A DNA stretch of 64,000 nucleotides from positions 248,001-312,000 of the forward strand of contig CBFFRQ010000029.1 in NCBI GenBank assembly GCA_965644315.1. The letters run 5' to 3'. The notes under the pieces were generated by a model that was given only the letters and a program-made list of their open reading frames with translations, had not been told where the DNA came from and did not search any database. Below, in pieces: positions 25,010-37,199 of the stretch. Origin of the DNA: Caecitellus pseudoparvulus (Eukaryota; Protista; Bigyra: Bicosoecida). Within the stretch, counting starts at the first letter, position 1, and each line of letters opens with the position of its first letter. The translations under genes were made by a program, and so were the position numbers.

Positions 25010-28000
25010 ATGAACCTGCTCTCACGTCTGCATGGCCGGCGGTGCGGGTCGTCGAGCGTGCGGCGCCAGCGAGTGAGGGAGGTGGGCACGGACGTAGAGG
25101 AGGCCCTGGCATGGTACGGACGCCAGGCCGACATCGGGGAGGATGACAAGGGTGTGCTGCGATCCCTGCAAGGGCTGCATGCGTGGAACACCACGCGAAG
25201 TTGCGAACCCACTGCGGCGTCCTGCGCCAGTACACATGTACGTGATGTTCACGAAACGTGGCTGAAACGTCCCCCCGCCACTGCGCCCCTCCTGCGCACC
25301 CCCTGCACAGGCGCTGGCGTCTGTGCTGCACCTGAACTCTGACCACGCGTCAGTGGACCGCGCAGTGGACGTCGTCGTGCGCAGCGACGGCCTGCAGGTC
25401 GTCCTGGCAGCGCTGCACCGCCTGTCGGCACACCTGCTGCGAGCGCCAGCCCTGGCGCCAACGACGACGCGGGCCCTGTGCAGCATGGCGTCGGACCTGC
25501 TGGCTGTCCTGCGCAACATCGCCTACGTCAGCAGCCAGGCGGACTACCTCCTGCACCGCACCGCCACGCTCTCCCTCGTCCTCTCCTTCCTGCCCCTCCC
25601 AGACTGCTTCGACCTGGCCGTGCTGGCAGGGGAACAGCTCCTGTCCACACGGGGGCCCTACGGTATCCCGCGCCTGCTGGACTTGCACGGCGTCATGCCT
25701 GCCCTGCTGGCACTGGACCCCACCCGCCTAGCCGCCGCCAGCCGCCTCCTGTCCCTGCTCGTGTACGAGCCGGAGCGCTCCAACGCGGAGGTGCCCCTGT
25801 CGGCAGCCAGCCTGGTGGCGCATTGGGAGGAGGAGCGTGTGCAGTATGCCCGTGCACGAGCAGGGGCTGCGCCGCTGCAGCCCCTGCCCCTGGCGGCGGA
25901 GGACGTGGAGGTGCATACGCCACTGCATGTGCGCATGACGGTGACGGAGAACCAGCTGGTGGTGTCCCACGCCACCCTGCTCATCCCCCGCCTGGTGGCG
26001 CTGCTGTCCACGCTGCCGCCGCCACCCGTGCGCGAGGGGCTGCACCTGCTCACGCCCCGCCCTCTCACCCCTGCCGCCAACGATGCCCTGCGCCAACAAA
26101 TGGCAGCCATGCCCAATGGCGCTGCCACGCTGCAGGGGCTGGGCGCACACCCCCACGCGGCGCTGGACGTGTTGACTGACATGCAGCTGAGCACCCTGGC
26201 TGCCACCGCCCGTGTGCCTCCGGATGTCCTCATGACTGCCCTGCGCAGCACGCCAGGCGTGCACGTGGACCTGCCCCCCCTGGAGGAGGGGGAGGCGGAG
26301 GACGCCAGACTGGCCGCCCCCATGCAGGAGGGGGGGGAGGCTGCCATGGCCATGACCTGGCCTGCTGCTGGCACTGGGGCGTTCGTCCCCCTGGACCCCG
26401 CCGCGCCGCTGCCGCTGAAGGAGGAGGAGGCGACAGACGTGCGCCTGGTGGGTGGGAGCCCCTCGTCGGCCCCGGTCCCCGCCGCCGACGCGCCCAGTGA
26501 GGCGCTGGGCGCTGGGGCGGAGGCCGCTGCGGGGCACTTGCTGCGGCACGTGCACGCGTCGCCGTCACCGCCGCCGCCGCCGCCGTCCCTGCCCCCCCTG
26601 GCTCTGCGCGACGTCGCCCGTGCCCGCATGGGCGACATCGGCGCCTTCGTCTCTGCCCTGGCAGTGCTGCCGGAGTCCTCACGGTACACGGCAGGCGCCG
26701 ACATGGTGCTGCTGGCCATGGCCCGGGGGCGGCCTGGCTTCGTCGTGAGTGGCGTCGTGAACGCGACAGTGGGGGAGGTGGGCCGGGGGCGGGGCGGCGC
26801 GGCGGAGGCGTGGTGGGCCTCTGCCGAGCAGCTGCGCAGGCTGTCCAAGCTGTCCCCCGCCGAGGCCAGCACTGGGGCAGCAGGGCCCACACCGGAGGAC
26901 GGCGCCTGGCCTGGCGCGCGGTTCGGCCCGGCACTGGTGAGGCTGCGAGCGGCTGCGGCGCTGGGCGGCGTGGCGCGGCCCAGCGTGCAGGAAGCCCTCA
27001 CGGCAGAGGCCTGGGAGAACGCGCGCGCCCTGTTCCGCGTGCCCTTTTCCGAGGAGGCCTTCGCCGGCCCCATGCTGCGCGTGGCGGCGCTGCTGGCGTC
27101 GGCCTGTGCCAGTGCCCCACAAGGCCATGAGGTGCGCGGTGAGGGGGGGGCTGAGGCCAAGGCCATCTTCTCAGAGGCAGACTTGCTGCCGGAACCCCGA
27201 CGTGGCGGCGTGGTGAAGGTGGCCTTGTCCCAGCCGCCTGGCGGGGCCGCCTCGCCCGCCCTCCAGACCGACCCCGTCGCCCTGCACGACAGCGGCAGTG
27301 ACACCAGCAGTGACACCGGCAGCGAAGAGGGGGGGGAGGAGGGGGAGGAGGCGTCTGACAGCCTGCTGGAGAGCATGCTAGCCATGCTGCCAGCCCACCT
27401 GCAGGCCCTGCTGCAGCACATGCCTGGCGTGCAGCGCACAGCCCTTCTGCGCTCCATGGGTGCGGGCCGGGCACCCGACATGGGCCCACGCCCCGCACCC
27501 CCATCCGCCCCCGTCCCGACACCGCTGGCCCCAGATGCCGCCGCCGCCATGGAGCGCGAGCTGGGGCGCATCGTGACCCTGGCGGGTGGGGACCGGGGGC
27601 ACGCCCACGCCTCCCTGGCAGTGCGCCGGACAGACCTCCTGGCGTGGTGGAGGCAGCACCTGCGCTCGGCATTCGCCGACCTACCCCGGCCAGCGGAGGA
27701 GGATGACGTCCCCCGGGCCTGGGCGAGCCGGCGGCGAGACCGCCCCGTCCCGCCCCCCAGCCTGGTGCACGTGCAGGCCCGGGAGCGCCTGGTGGGGCTG
27801 CGGGTGCAGGAGGCCGCCATCCGGGGCCGGCACACTGACATCCTCTGCGTGTTGGCAGGCCTGGCAGGCGGCAAGTTGCGGCGGTTCGTGACGGAGGCCA
27901 TGCTGGCGGCTGGGCTGCCGCGCGTGCTGTGGCGGCAGGTGGCGGACATCGACTGGGAATACAAGCCGCCTCCTGCGGGGTGGATCCCGCCCCGCCTGCA

Positions 28001-31000
28001 CGGGCCCGGGTGCCGGTGCACTGTGGAGGCCACCCACCGCATCCAGCTGCTGCGCGTGGTGTCCCTGACCCTGGACCGGGCCGATTTCCGCAGCATGTGG
28101 GAGACGTGGCTGTCCAAGGCGCGGGGCTTCACGGTGTGGGAGCTGACCATGCTGCAGGGCTTGGAGGCCGCCGGCGCCGCGTGGCAGGCCGACGAGCTGG
28201 ACGCCGTCCCGACACACACGGAAGGCGGTGTCGCGTACATGGCCCCAGGGGCCGCTGGCCGTGTGGCTGCCGCCGCTGTGCGCCGGGCAACAGACGTCGG
28301 CGGATGGGAGGCGGCGGCCCTGGCGGCACTGCGCCTGCCCGGCTCTGCTGCCAGTGCCGTGGAGGCGGCGGAGGTGGCGGAGCTGTGTGCCAGTCGCCGG
28401 GCTGCCTTGGCCAACACTGTCTGCTCCCCCGCAGGCGCCGTGCTGGCCGAGACCAGCGCCCTGGCGTCGCAGTTGGAGACGGTGGTGCGGCGCAGTGAGC
28501 TGCTGGCGCGCGGCGCGGCTTGGGAGTGGGAGGCGTACCTGCCTATGCTGCGGCCGGGGCAGGAGCCGGAGGGCGCCAGCGGCATCATGGATGAGCAGGT
28601 GGCGCCGGTGTTCGGGGGGCATGGGCTGGGCGTGGGGGCCATGCAGTGCCTGTCCACGGACCCACGCCTGGGCAGTGTGGCGTGCCGGCCCGGCCTCGTG
28701 CAAGCGCTGCGGGGGGAAGGGCTGCTGGCGCCACACCAGCAGCACCACGTGCCGCCCTTCCACCCCTGGCCCACACTGCCCCTGGCCCACGTGGCTGCGG
28801 CGCCCCCTGACGCCGCTGCGGGCAGTGCGCTGAGCACACCCCCCTACCTGGCAGGCGCGGGCGCCACCCCCCAGCCGGGCCCCTTCCGTGTCTTCCCGGA
28901 CGCCGCCCCCCGCGTCATGGGCTCGGCCCTGCACGAGACACCCCCCCTGGCCCTGACCCACACGGGCCGTGCGGAAGTGCGTCGGGTGCAGGGCCTGTTG
29001 GGCACGGCGGGCGCCCTGGCCACCGTGGGCGTCATGGACCCCGCCGACGCAGGCAGCATGGGTGTGTCCGGGCGAGCCCTGCTCCTGGGCACGCTGTGCC
29101 TGCCGCATCCCTCCGACTGCGGCATTGACCTGGAGCCACACGTGCAGCCGTCACGCCAGTTAGCAGAGGAGGGGGAGGAGGCGGTGGGGCGGCGCCAACT
29201 GTACCCAGCCGGCCTGAGCGCCAAAAGAGCCATGGAGGGCGATGCGTGCCTGGGCACCATAGGGCGCATGCTGCTGGCGCTGCGAGGGCTGCCGTACCGC
29301 GCCCCCACCCGCTTCTGGGTGTCCTCCATCGTGCAGTCCGCCATCAGCCACGCGCCGACGGCCGTGCGGTGGTGGGCGGCGCGCTCTGGCGTCCTCACCC
29401 GCATGCTGGCAGACCTGGTGCTGGTGTTCGACCGCAGTGTGAAGCGGCAGCTGACAGCCCGGCAGGCGGCGGCGGGCCCGGGCCTGACAGCGCCCGGATC
29501 GGCAGACGACGGCAGCACGGCGCTGGGCGGGGACGGCTGCGGCGGCGTGACGGAGCGCCACCTCATGCAGAGCTGCCTGGACATCGTGGGCGTGGTGGTG
29601 AAGAACAACCCGCTGGGGCTGCGGCTGCTGGACCACCTCATGCCCCCCCCCGTCACGGCGGCGCTCCTGCGCCTGTCCCTGGAGCGCCCCGTGGACTCCA
29701 ACGTCGCCATCCGCAACATCATGCTGACCATGTACTACGTCGGCGCAGGGCACAGTATGCGGCGGGTGGCGGAGGCTGGCCTGGCGCCGCCCCCGGACCT
29801 CACCCACCCCGCCCGCTTCATGGCCCTGCCCATCCTGCACGCGCAGTCGGCGCCCATCGCGCTGCCGGGGGGTCTGGACCCGTCCACCGTCTCCCCCACC
29901 ACGCCCCTGCTGCCGGCGGACGCGGAGTCTGCTCTCATCTCTGCCCAGGGACCCTCCAACGGCCTGCCACGCTGGACCCTGGTCAGCCGGCGGCGGCCGG
30001 CGGCGGGGGGGCGGCTGGAGCTGCGGGGCACGGACCGCCTGGACTGGTTTGGCCAGCCACACGTGCCGCTGGAGGTGCCGCCCACTGTGGTGGACGCTCC
30101 CCCCGTCACGGCGGCGCTGCCTGGCGTGGAGGCTGAGCCCGTGGGGTGTGGCTTCTCGTGCACCCTGCACGCACACTGTGTGCCCCTCGTGTACCTGCTC
30201 ATGGGCGGCATCGCCAGCGCCCAGGAAGTCACGCAGGAGAACCTGTGCACGCTGAACAGCGCCATTCTGCACTTTGTGCTGGCCCACGCGCAAGGCCGCC
30301 TGCCGGGCCTCGTGGCCGCTGTGCGGGCGTACGCCGCGGCGGTGGAGGCGGAAGACTTGAGCCCTGGCGCCCTGGACGCCGCTGCCGTTGAGCGGGAGAG
30401 CGGCGTGGCCCCCGACTCGCCGCCGATGTGGTTGCCCACGGTTCGCTCCCTGGCGGCCTACCTGCACCAGCAGGGGGCGGAGTACGGCGTGCCGGACGTG
30501 GACAGTGACGACGAGGAGGGCACAGCTCTGCTGGAGGCCTCTGGCGCCGCCGCTGCCACCTCTGCTGCCCCTGGCGACCATGAAGATGACGCGGAGGAGA
30601 AGGAGGAGGGGGGGGAGCCGTCCGCCTACCAGGCGGCCGTGTCCTCTTCCCGCCATGCCCGGGCCCACAGCCGGCCCACGCCGCAGCCTCAGCGCACGGG
30701 GCAACCCAGCAAGGGCACACTGGGGCAGTTCGAAGGCCTGCTGCGGTTCTGGCTGCAGCACTACAAGGCTCTGGATCGGGACCGGCCGTCGCTGCTGGTG
30801 TCCACGGGGTTCGCGTACGAGGCGTGGGTGGAGACGGTGCTGCTGCTGCTGGGACAGTGGACGCGTGAGGCAGCCCCGCCCGCGCCCCTGCACCACCTGT
30901 CCAGTGCCCCCCTCGACATGCCCACGCCGCCCCCCCTGTCGGCGCACCGAGGACTGTCCTGGCTGCACCCTGCGGAATTCGGCGCCACCGCCCTGGCCGC

Positions 31001-31034
31001 CGAAGCGTACAGAGCCGCCAGCGCGCTGCTGTGA
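25010..31034 (+). CDS. TRPC4AP: TRPC4AP/TRUSS-like protein with long insertions
   Basis: RLHGPGCRC, RFWVSSIVQS, QSCLDIVGVVVKNN, VDSNVAIR, VTQENLCTLNSA, LLRFWLQHYKALDRDRPSL...WVETVLLL resemble conserved TRPC4AP blocks; one 5' intron. Confidence 0.78.
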
Positions 31035-31035
31035 A

Positions 31036-31049
31036 AATGCACCTGCATT
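31036..31049. promoter_or_regulatory. Opposed AATGCA/TGCATT hexamers (candidate poly(A) signals) in a 17-nt convergent intergenic gap
   Basis: TGA-aAATGCAccTGCATTgg-TTA; the same hexamer follows most stop codons in the window. Confidence 0.6.
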
Positions 31050-31051
31050 GG

Positions 31052-32089
31052 TTACGGCATCCACCCTGCGATCTGCCACACGCTGCCCTCCGCCGCGCCT
31101 CTCTCCCACGTCACGAAGCTCACGGCTCGCATGGTGGGAGTGCCGCCGGCCGCGGCGTCGTCGGGCAGTTCCTCCAGTTCCGCAGGCGCCGTGGCGGGGT
31201 TGAAGGGGGTGTCGGCGCCCACGCTGCCCAGCACAGACGGCGCCTCCCACTCCACGCTTCCCGAGCCTTCGTTCCAGTAGTACACGTGGCCTGAGGAGGG
31301 GTCGGCCACTGGGCGCCAGGGGGTGCCGGGAGGGGGTCCGCCACTGCCCTGCCCACTGCGGCCTGCGCGGCCCCGGCGAGACTTGGACCCCTTGCCATCG
31401 CCCTTGGGCAAGGGCAGGCTCACTGGCAGCTCCCGTGTCACCAGGCGCGCTGTCAGCTGGAAGTGTGTCGGGTGCGGCATTTGGCTGATGGAGCGGGTGA
31501 GCGAGTCGCCGTAAATGACTCGCGCCTGCACCACCTTCACGGGCTCCAGCAGGCTCAACACGTCGAAGCCCAGCACGGCGCCGTGTGCGCGCTGGCTGGC
31601 CGCCAAGCCGGCCTTTGCAGACTGCAGGGTGGGGGGGGGCGTGCGTGAGCACATCAGCCTGCGCAGTGCACGCCGGCGCAGGTCCGCACCATGAACATGG
31701 GCCCAGTGCACACCTCCTTCAGCGCCTCCTCGTCACCCCTCACGTAGTACATGTGGAACGCCTGGTATGTGTCCTGCGCGAGGGCACGGCGTGGCGGCTC
31801 AGCGTGTGGAGGTGCTCGTCTGAGCTGCGGAAATCGAAACACGCACGGGGGCGATTTCCTGCTCAAACAGCTTCGCACTAAAGTCTGGGAACTGCGTCTC
31901 CACGCGACTGCGGGCCCAGTATGTCGCCCAGTCCGCCGACTGCTTGCGCATGGTGGACCGCAGGGGGCCCAACAAGGACGCCCGACTGCTGGCTGCCGCC
32001 AAGGGTCCGCTGGGCAGCACATCGAAGAGGCGGCCGGTGGACTGCCGGGCCGCCTGCGCCGCTGCGCTGATGGCCTTCTGGTACGCCAT
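31052..32089 (-). CDS. Tim44-like (mL45/Mba1-type) domain protein with an inserted WW domain; 2 introns
   Basis: FPDFSAKLFEQE..YQAF...GDEEALKEVCT...VVQARV...QLTARL...FVTWER...WQI; WW motif WRPVADPSSGHVYYWNEGSGSVEWEAP. Confidence 0.65.
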
Positions 32090-32573
32090 GGTGGGTGGCG
32101 TGGCGTGCGTTGGTGTGCAGCGTGTCGCTGGCGCGTCGCGGGAGGGCGTGGGAAGTGTGTGCCGGCGAGAGGCGGACGCCGAGGGCCAACGGGCGGAACG
32201 GGGGGGGGCGGGCCCAGCGCCCTGCCCCGTGACATTTCGCAGTATCGCACACTCCTCTCCGTTAACACCGTGCCCCACGACCCTGGAGCTGCAGGCCTGC
32301 AGCCCACTCGAACCCGCCAGAGCCGTGCACCTGTGCAGGGTGCGCCTTGCTCGCTGCAATTTCCGCCGTTCCCGACCAGCTCAGCGCCCCGCGCTGCGGC
32401 ACGCAGCCGCCTGTCGACACTGCCCACCCTGCGCAAATCAATGTAAGTGGCTGCAGCCTTGCCTGGTCACCACGGTAGCTTGCGCTGCCGAGGGCCACCT
32501 CGGCAGCCTGTGCGACGTGGCGCGTGTCGTGGCGCAGGCAGTGGCGACACGCTTGCCCCTCCCCCCCCCACAG

Positions 32574-33695
32574 ATGGCGCTGACGGCGAAGCACCTCACC
32601 ATCGCGGGTGTGGTGGCCTTTTACTTCTTCGTTTCCATCTCCCTCGTCTTCACGAACAAGGTACTGCTCAGCGACGACAGCCTCAGCGTGCCTGCGCCCA
32701 TGTTCGTGACGTGGTTCCAGTGCGTCGTCACAGTCGCCGTGTGCTGGGCCCTGGGCAAGGCCGGCAAGGGCGCCGCCCAGGGCAGCTTCCTGTCCCAGTT
32801 CCCCGAGTTCGTGCTGGACTGGGGCGTCGCGTACAAAGTGCTGCCTCTCAGCTGCATCTTCGTGGGCATGGTCATGTTCAACAACCTCACGCTGAAGTTC
32901 GTGGAGGTGTCCTTCTACAACGTCGCGCGCTCCCTCACCATCGTCTTCAACGTCGTCTTCACGTACCTGCTGCTGGGCTCCACCACCTCCCTCGCCACCC
33001 TGGGCACTCTCGCCGTCGTCATCCTGGGCTTCCTGGTGGGCACCAAGGGGGAGGTGAACTTCTCACTGGTCGGCACACTGTTCGGCGTCGCCGCCTCCGC
33101 CTTTGTGTCCCTGAACTCCATCTACACGCGCAAGACGCTGCCGGCAGTGGGGGAGGACAAGTGGTTGCTCACCGCCTACAACAACGTCAACGCAGTGCTC
33201 ATCTTCATCCCCCTCATCCTGCTGTCGGGGGAGGCCACACTGCTCACGGAGTACACCACGACGCTGCAGAACCCCGTGTTCTGGGGCGCCATGCTGGTGT
33301 CGGGCGCCTTCGGCACGCTCATCGGCATCGCCACCGTGCTGCAGATCCAGACCACCTCCCCCCTCACCCACAACATCAGCGGCACGGCCAAGGCCGCCGT
33401 GCAGAGCATCCTGGCGGTGCAGATCTGGCAGAACGAGATGACGGCCGCCGCGTGGATCGGCCTGGCCATGGTGCTGGGCGGCTCCCTTGCCTACGCTTAC
33501 GTGCGGAAATTGGAGATGGACGCCGCAGACGCCCAAGGACCCCCTGCCAAGGGCGCCCCCGCCGCCGCTGCCCCTGCCCCAGCAGCGGTGTCCTCTGCTG
33601 CACCCTCCTCCGATGTGGGGGACGAATTTGGCACGGGTGTGACGGAGGATGAGGAGGCGCCCCTGCTGAAGGCGCGTGGCGACGGCGCTGTGTGA
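32574..33695 (+). CDS. SLC35C1: GDP-fucose transporter (SLC35C1-like nucleotide-sugar transporter)
   Basis: YFFVSISLVFTNK, APMFVTWFQC, FNNLTLKFVEVSFYNVARSLT, TSPLTHNISGTAKA; ~10 TMs; probable 5'UTR intron ending just before the ATG. Confidence 0.9.
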   Translation: MALTAKHLTIAGVVAFYFFVSISLVFTNKVLLSDDSLSVPAPMFVTWFQCVVTVAVCWALGKAGKGAAQGSFLSQFPEFVLDWGVAYKVLPLSCIFVGMVMFNNLTLKFVEVSFYNVARSLTIVFNVVFTYLLLGSTTSLATLGTLAVVILGFLVGTKGEVNFSLVGTLFGVAASAFVSLNSIYTRKTLPAVGEDKWLLTAYNNVNAVLIFIPLILLSGEATLLTEYTTTLQNPVFWGAMLVSGAFGTLIGIATVLQIQTTSPLTHNISGTAKAAVQSILAVQIWQNEMTAAAWIGLAMVLGGSLAYAYVRKLEMDAADAQGPPAKGAPAAAAPAPAAVSSAAPSSDVGDEFGTGVTEDEEAPLLKARGDGAV

Positions 33696-33728
33696 CGTGC
33701 GCTCGCCGCGCCTGCATTGGAGGCGCCC

Positions 33729-34531
33729 TCACGGCCCCAACGGCACCTGCGCCGCTGCCGCGTACGCTTCAATGCACTTGCGTGTCTCTTCACTGTCAGC
33801 CTCGGCAGCCTGCGCGGCCAGACACACGCCCCAGGCAGCACCCTGCTCTGGCGGCAGCATGCCCCCCCACACACGAGCCTTGTGCGCTGGCAGCGCAGCC
33901 ATGACCACGGCCACCCACGCTGACCGCAGGGGGGGCGGCGCCTCTGCCAACACCACGCCCATCTCCCCCAGCACGCTGCCTTCCTCCGCCTTGCCCTCGA
34001 ACCAGCCCTGCCACGCGGCCGGGTCAGTGCACTGCAGCAGCTGCAGGCGGTCGCCTGCGCCACGCCGCGCAGCCCACGCAGACAGAAACGACCGTGCAGA
34101 GGTGGCTGGGGCCGTGGATGGCGTGGAGGCGCCCTGGGCAGGGGCCCCTGCACGCCGCCGCCGCCGCCCCAGCCCTGACCGCCCCACGCTGGGCGCCGCC
34201 GTAGTGCTCTGCACACCCTGCAACGCGGCGTTTCGGATGGGCGGGAACTTCTTGACGGCGTTGCCGGCCAGGACCTCCATGTCCTTTTGCGACACGGGCT
34301 TCTGGTTGGCACAGGCCACCAGGTTCCGGAACGCGTCGTACGACGGCGCAGTCAGGATGGCACGCTTCTTCATCTCGTCTGTCGCGTACCGCCTGCGCTC
34401 CGTCTCGACAGCTGCGAGCCACGCAGCGGCAGGGTCCTGTTGACCTGCATGAGTGCTGCACACCACTGCGTCTCACCTGTGGCAAGTTCCTTCTCGATTC
34501 CGCTGATGTCATACTGCCTCGCGTCGGCCAT
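33729..34531 (-). CDS. CCDC103: Dynein attachment factor CCDC103-like; 1 intron
   Basis: IEKELAT|AVETERRRYATDEMKKRAILTAPSYDAFRNLVACANQKPV matches the dynein-attachment N domain; PATSARSFLSAW begins an RPAP3-C-like region. Confidence 0.75.
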
Positions 34532-34725
34532 GGCAGCGCCGGAAAGTCTGGGAAAAACGCTGCCGTTTCGACTGAAACGCCAGCACGCCAGGCACCCCCT
34601 GAGCTCCAGTCAGGAGCCTACAGATGGTGGATTCGACGTGTACGTGGAAAGTGTTCCCACCTTGCAAGTGTGCGCCGAGTTCCTCGACCGCATCATTGTG
34701 CTGCACATGCATTAGTGCCGCCGCT

Positions 34726-35641
34726 TCACCAGCGCGACTCGATCCACTGGTTCCCCACGGCAGTCGTCTGCGGCGTGAGCAGCGTGCCCGTCTCCACCCC
34801 GCCAGCGCTGTGCAGCTCCAGGGCCTTCTTGGCAATGTCTGCCGGGCTGGTCCACGTGGAGGTGTCTGCGCCCGGCATGCCAGCGCGGTTGCCCGGCGTG
34901 TCGATGGTGAGGGGCAGAATGCCCACGACGGTGGCTGACGGCAGCCCACCCGCCGCCAGGCTGGCCACCAGCTGGTGCGTCGCAGCCTTGGCCATGCCGT
35001 ACCCGATCATGCCGGGTGTGCCAGCCCTGGCGGCTTCGGACCCCGTCAGCACCAGCGTGCCTTGAGGCCGCAACAGCGTGCTGGCGAGGTGGGCTGCCAG
35101 GACACTGCTCTGGATGCAAGCGTGGTACATGGCCTCCACGCCGTCAAAGACACTGTCAGAGCTGATGTCCCCGCCAGCCCACCCTCCAGCCGTGCAAAAC
35201 ACCATGTCAAAGGTGCCTCTGAGGGGTGAGGGGGGGGGCAGGTGCTCGCGCCGCCGGTGCAGGGGCACCCAGGCCACTCACGGCTCATGTGCAGCCAGAA
35301 TGTGCTTCTTGAGCTCCGCAGAAGCCTCCTTCATGGGCAGGTCGGGAGACACGGAGTAGCTTTCCTGCGCTCCTTGTGCCGTGCTGTGGTGAGGGCAGGG
35401 GGGGGGCTGCGGTGTGGCGTGTTGATCCAGTTTCCGCAGGAGTCCGCCCGCCTCACTTGACGTCGCAAGACACCGTGTGCCACTGCTCCGCGTTGAAGAG
35501 CTGCAGAGCTGCCTGTCCCAGAGCGCCCCCGCCCCCGTACACCAGCACCTTTGGCTGCACGCCAGCGCTGGCAGACGTGGCGAGGTGCCGCAGTGCGCCG
35601 GCCTGGCGCCTTGCGCTGGCCGCCACTGCTGCCCGAAGCAT
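34726..35641 (-). CDS. QDPR: Dihydropteridine reductase (SDR); 2 introns; N-terminal presequence-like extension
   Basis: VLVYGGGGALG, AGGWAGG, GTPGMIGYGMAKAATHQLV, LDTP-like IDTPGNRAGMPGADTSTWT. Confidence 0.92.
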
Positions 35642-35753
35642 GATGAAGTGCTCTCTCCGCGACCACGCCGGCAGTGTGTGCTCGCTGTGACCAGTGCGAG
35701 GCTGGGTGTGGCTCAAGAACGTCTTGGATTGTGAGGGAGCCGCGGCTTCGTGA

Positions 35754-37039
35754 TCACTCGGCAGCTGCTTCTGCCGCCGACACAGCCATGGCAAGAGCCC
35801 CCGCCTTCGTCTCGTTGCCGCCAATGAACCCCGCAGCGTGCACGAAGATGCAGCCGGGGATGCCAGTGACACCGCTCAGCTCCTCGTCCCGCGCCCCGCG
35901 CCACGCAGCCGGCAGCGGCTTGCGGTTTTTGAAGGAGCCACGCTCCGCAGGCACTGCTTGCAGCCGCCACTTGCCCCGGGTGTCGGGGTACACGACGTAC
36001 TTCAGCTGCCCAGCAGGCGCAGCACCCTCAGCCTCCAGGTCGAAGATGTGCCCCTGCCAGGGGCAGTACTGCTCCAGCACCATGACCTGGCCACTGGCGT
36101 GCACGCTGGGCGCCTGCGCCAACGCAGCAGCCACCAGAGTGCGTGCCGGCAGCCAGTCCTGCGCGTAGCCCGCGACGATCTGCACGAACTCGGTCACGGT
36201 GACCTTCACTGCTTCCTTGAACGCCGCCATTTCCGCTTCCTCGCTGTGGGGCTGGTGCCACTTGAGGTTCAGGCGTTTCACGCGGCTGGCTAGGTCGGTG
36301 CTGATGGTGTACTTGGCCGAGGCGCCGCCGCCAGGCCCCTGGCACACCATGTCCACGCCGTTGTCGATGGCGTCCACCTCCTGGATGAGGCCTTCGTACA
36401 TCTTGCCCACCAGGACGGTCAGGTCAGCCTCGCTGAGCGTGGGGCCGGCACCCCCCTGCGCCGCTGCCGCCTGCACCACCTCTGCGCCGAAGTGCTTGAA
36501 AATGAGCCCTGCAGAAGACAGGCGGATGTCGTGCTCGTCGTCGTAGCTGTCCTGGAACTCTGGCTGGTGGTGGTCGAAGCGCTTGGCCTCGGGGTCGTAC
36601 GTGCCGCCGACGTCCAGCACGATGGCGGCGCCGTCGATGTCCTCAGTCTTGCGAGTGCGAACGAGCGGCATGCTGGCGTACTGCGGCAGCAACTTCAGCA
36701 TGCCCACACCCAGTGCCTCGTCGCAGTGGAAGCTTCCGTGGTGTGTGCACATGTACTCCGCGTCCTGAGCGCAGCGGGTGAGGGCTGGAGGTGGACAAGG
36801 TGGGGCTGGCACGCCGTGGGCGTGGAGCAATTTCCGCGCCGAGCCACTGCGCGCTGCCGCTGCCATGCACACACCGCAGGGGGGGTCCCCGTGACGGGGG
36901 TGCTGTCGATGGTGGTGTACAGCTCCTGCATGAAGCCCTGCCGGTCCGTGCGCGGCCGCTTGGCCTCGGAAGCAGCAGCCATGGTCAGCAGCCGAGCGTG
37001 TTTCTGCACAACCAAGCTCGCCGCACGCCGCGCCAGCAT
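35754..37039 (-). CDS. MYG1: MYG1 exonuclease (UPF0160); 1 intron
   Basis: THHGSFHCDE, DVGGTYD, RFDHHQ, LSSAGLIFKHFG, DAIDNG, RKPLPAAWRG, CIFVHAAGFIGG. Confidence 0.93.
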
Positions 37040-37199
37040 CCTGTGCTTGCCCCGAGCCTGTGTGCGCGTGTCACACAAGCAAAACGAAACCTGGAAAACT
37101 TAGCGTGGTCGGTCAAGAGTGGGCGTCGGCTGCATGTGTGCCCCGGCCACCAGGCCAGAGCTGCTCGAGTTGCCGTCTGCATTTGAAGCGAGTGGAGCC

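Noticed and set aside
25658-31652. Very long antisense ORFs (1059 aa, 830 aa) opposite TRPC4AP, and similar shadows elsewhere
   Set aside because: Expected from high GC3 codon bias; the translations are low-complexity with no motifs
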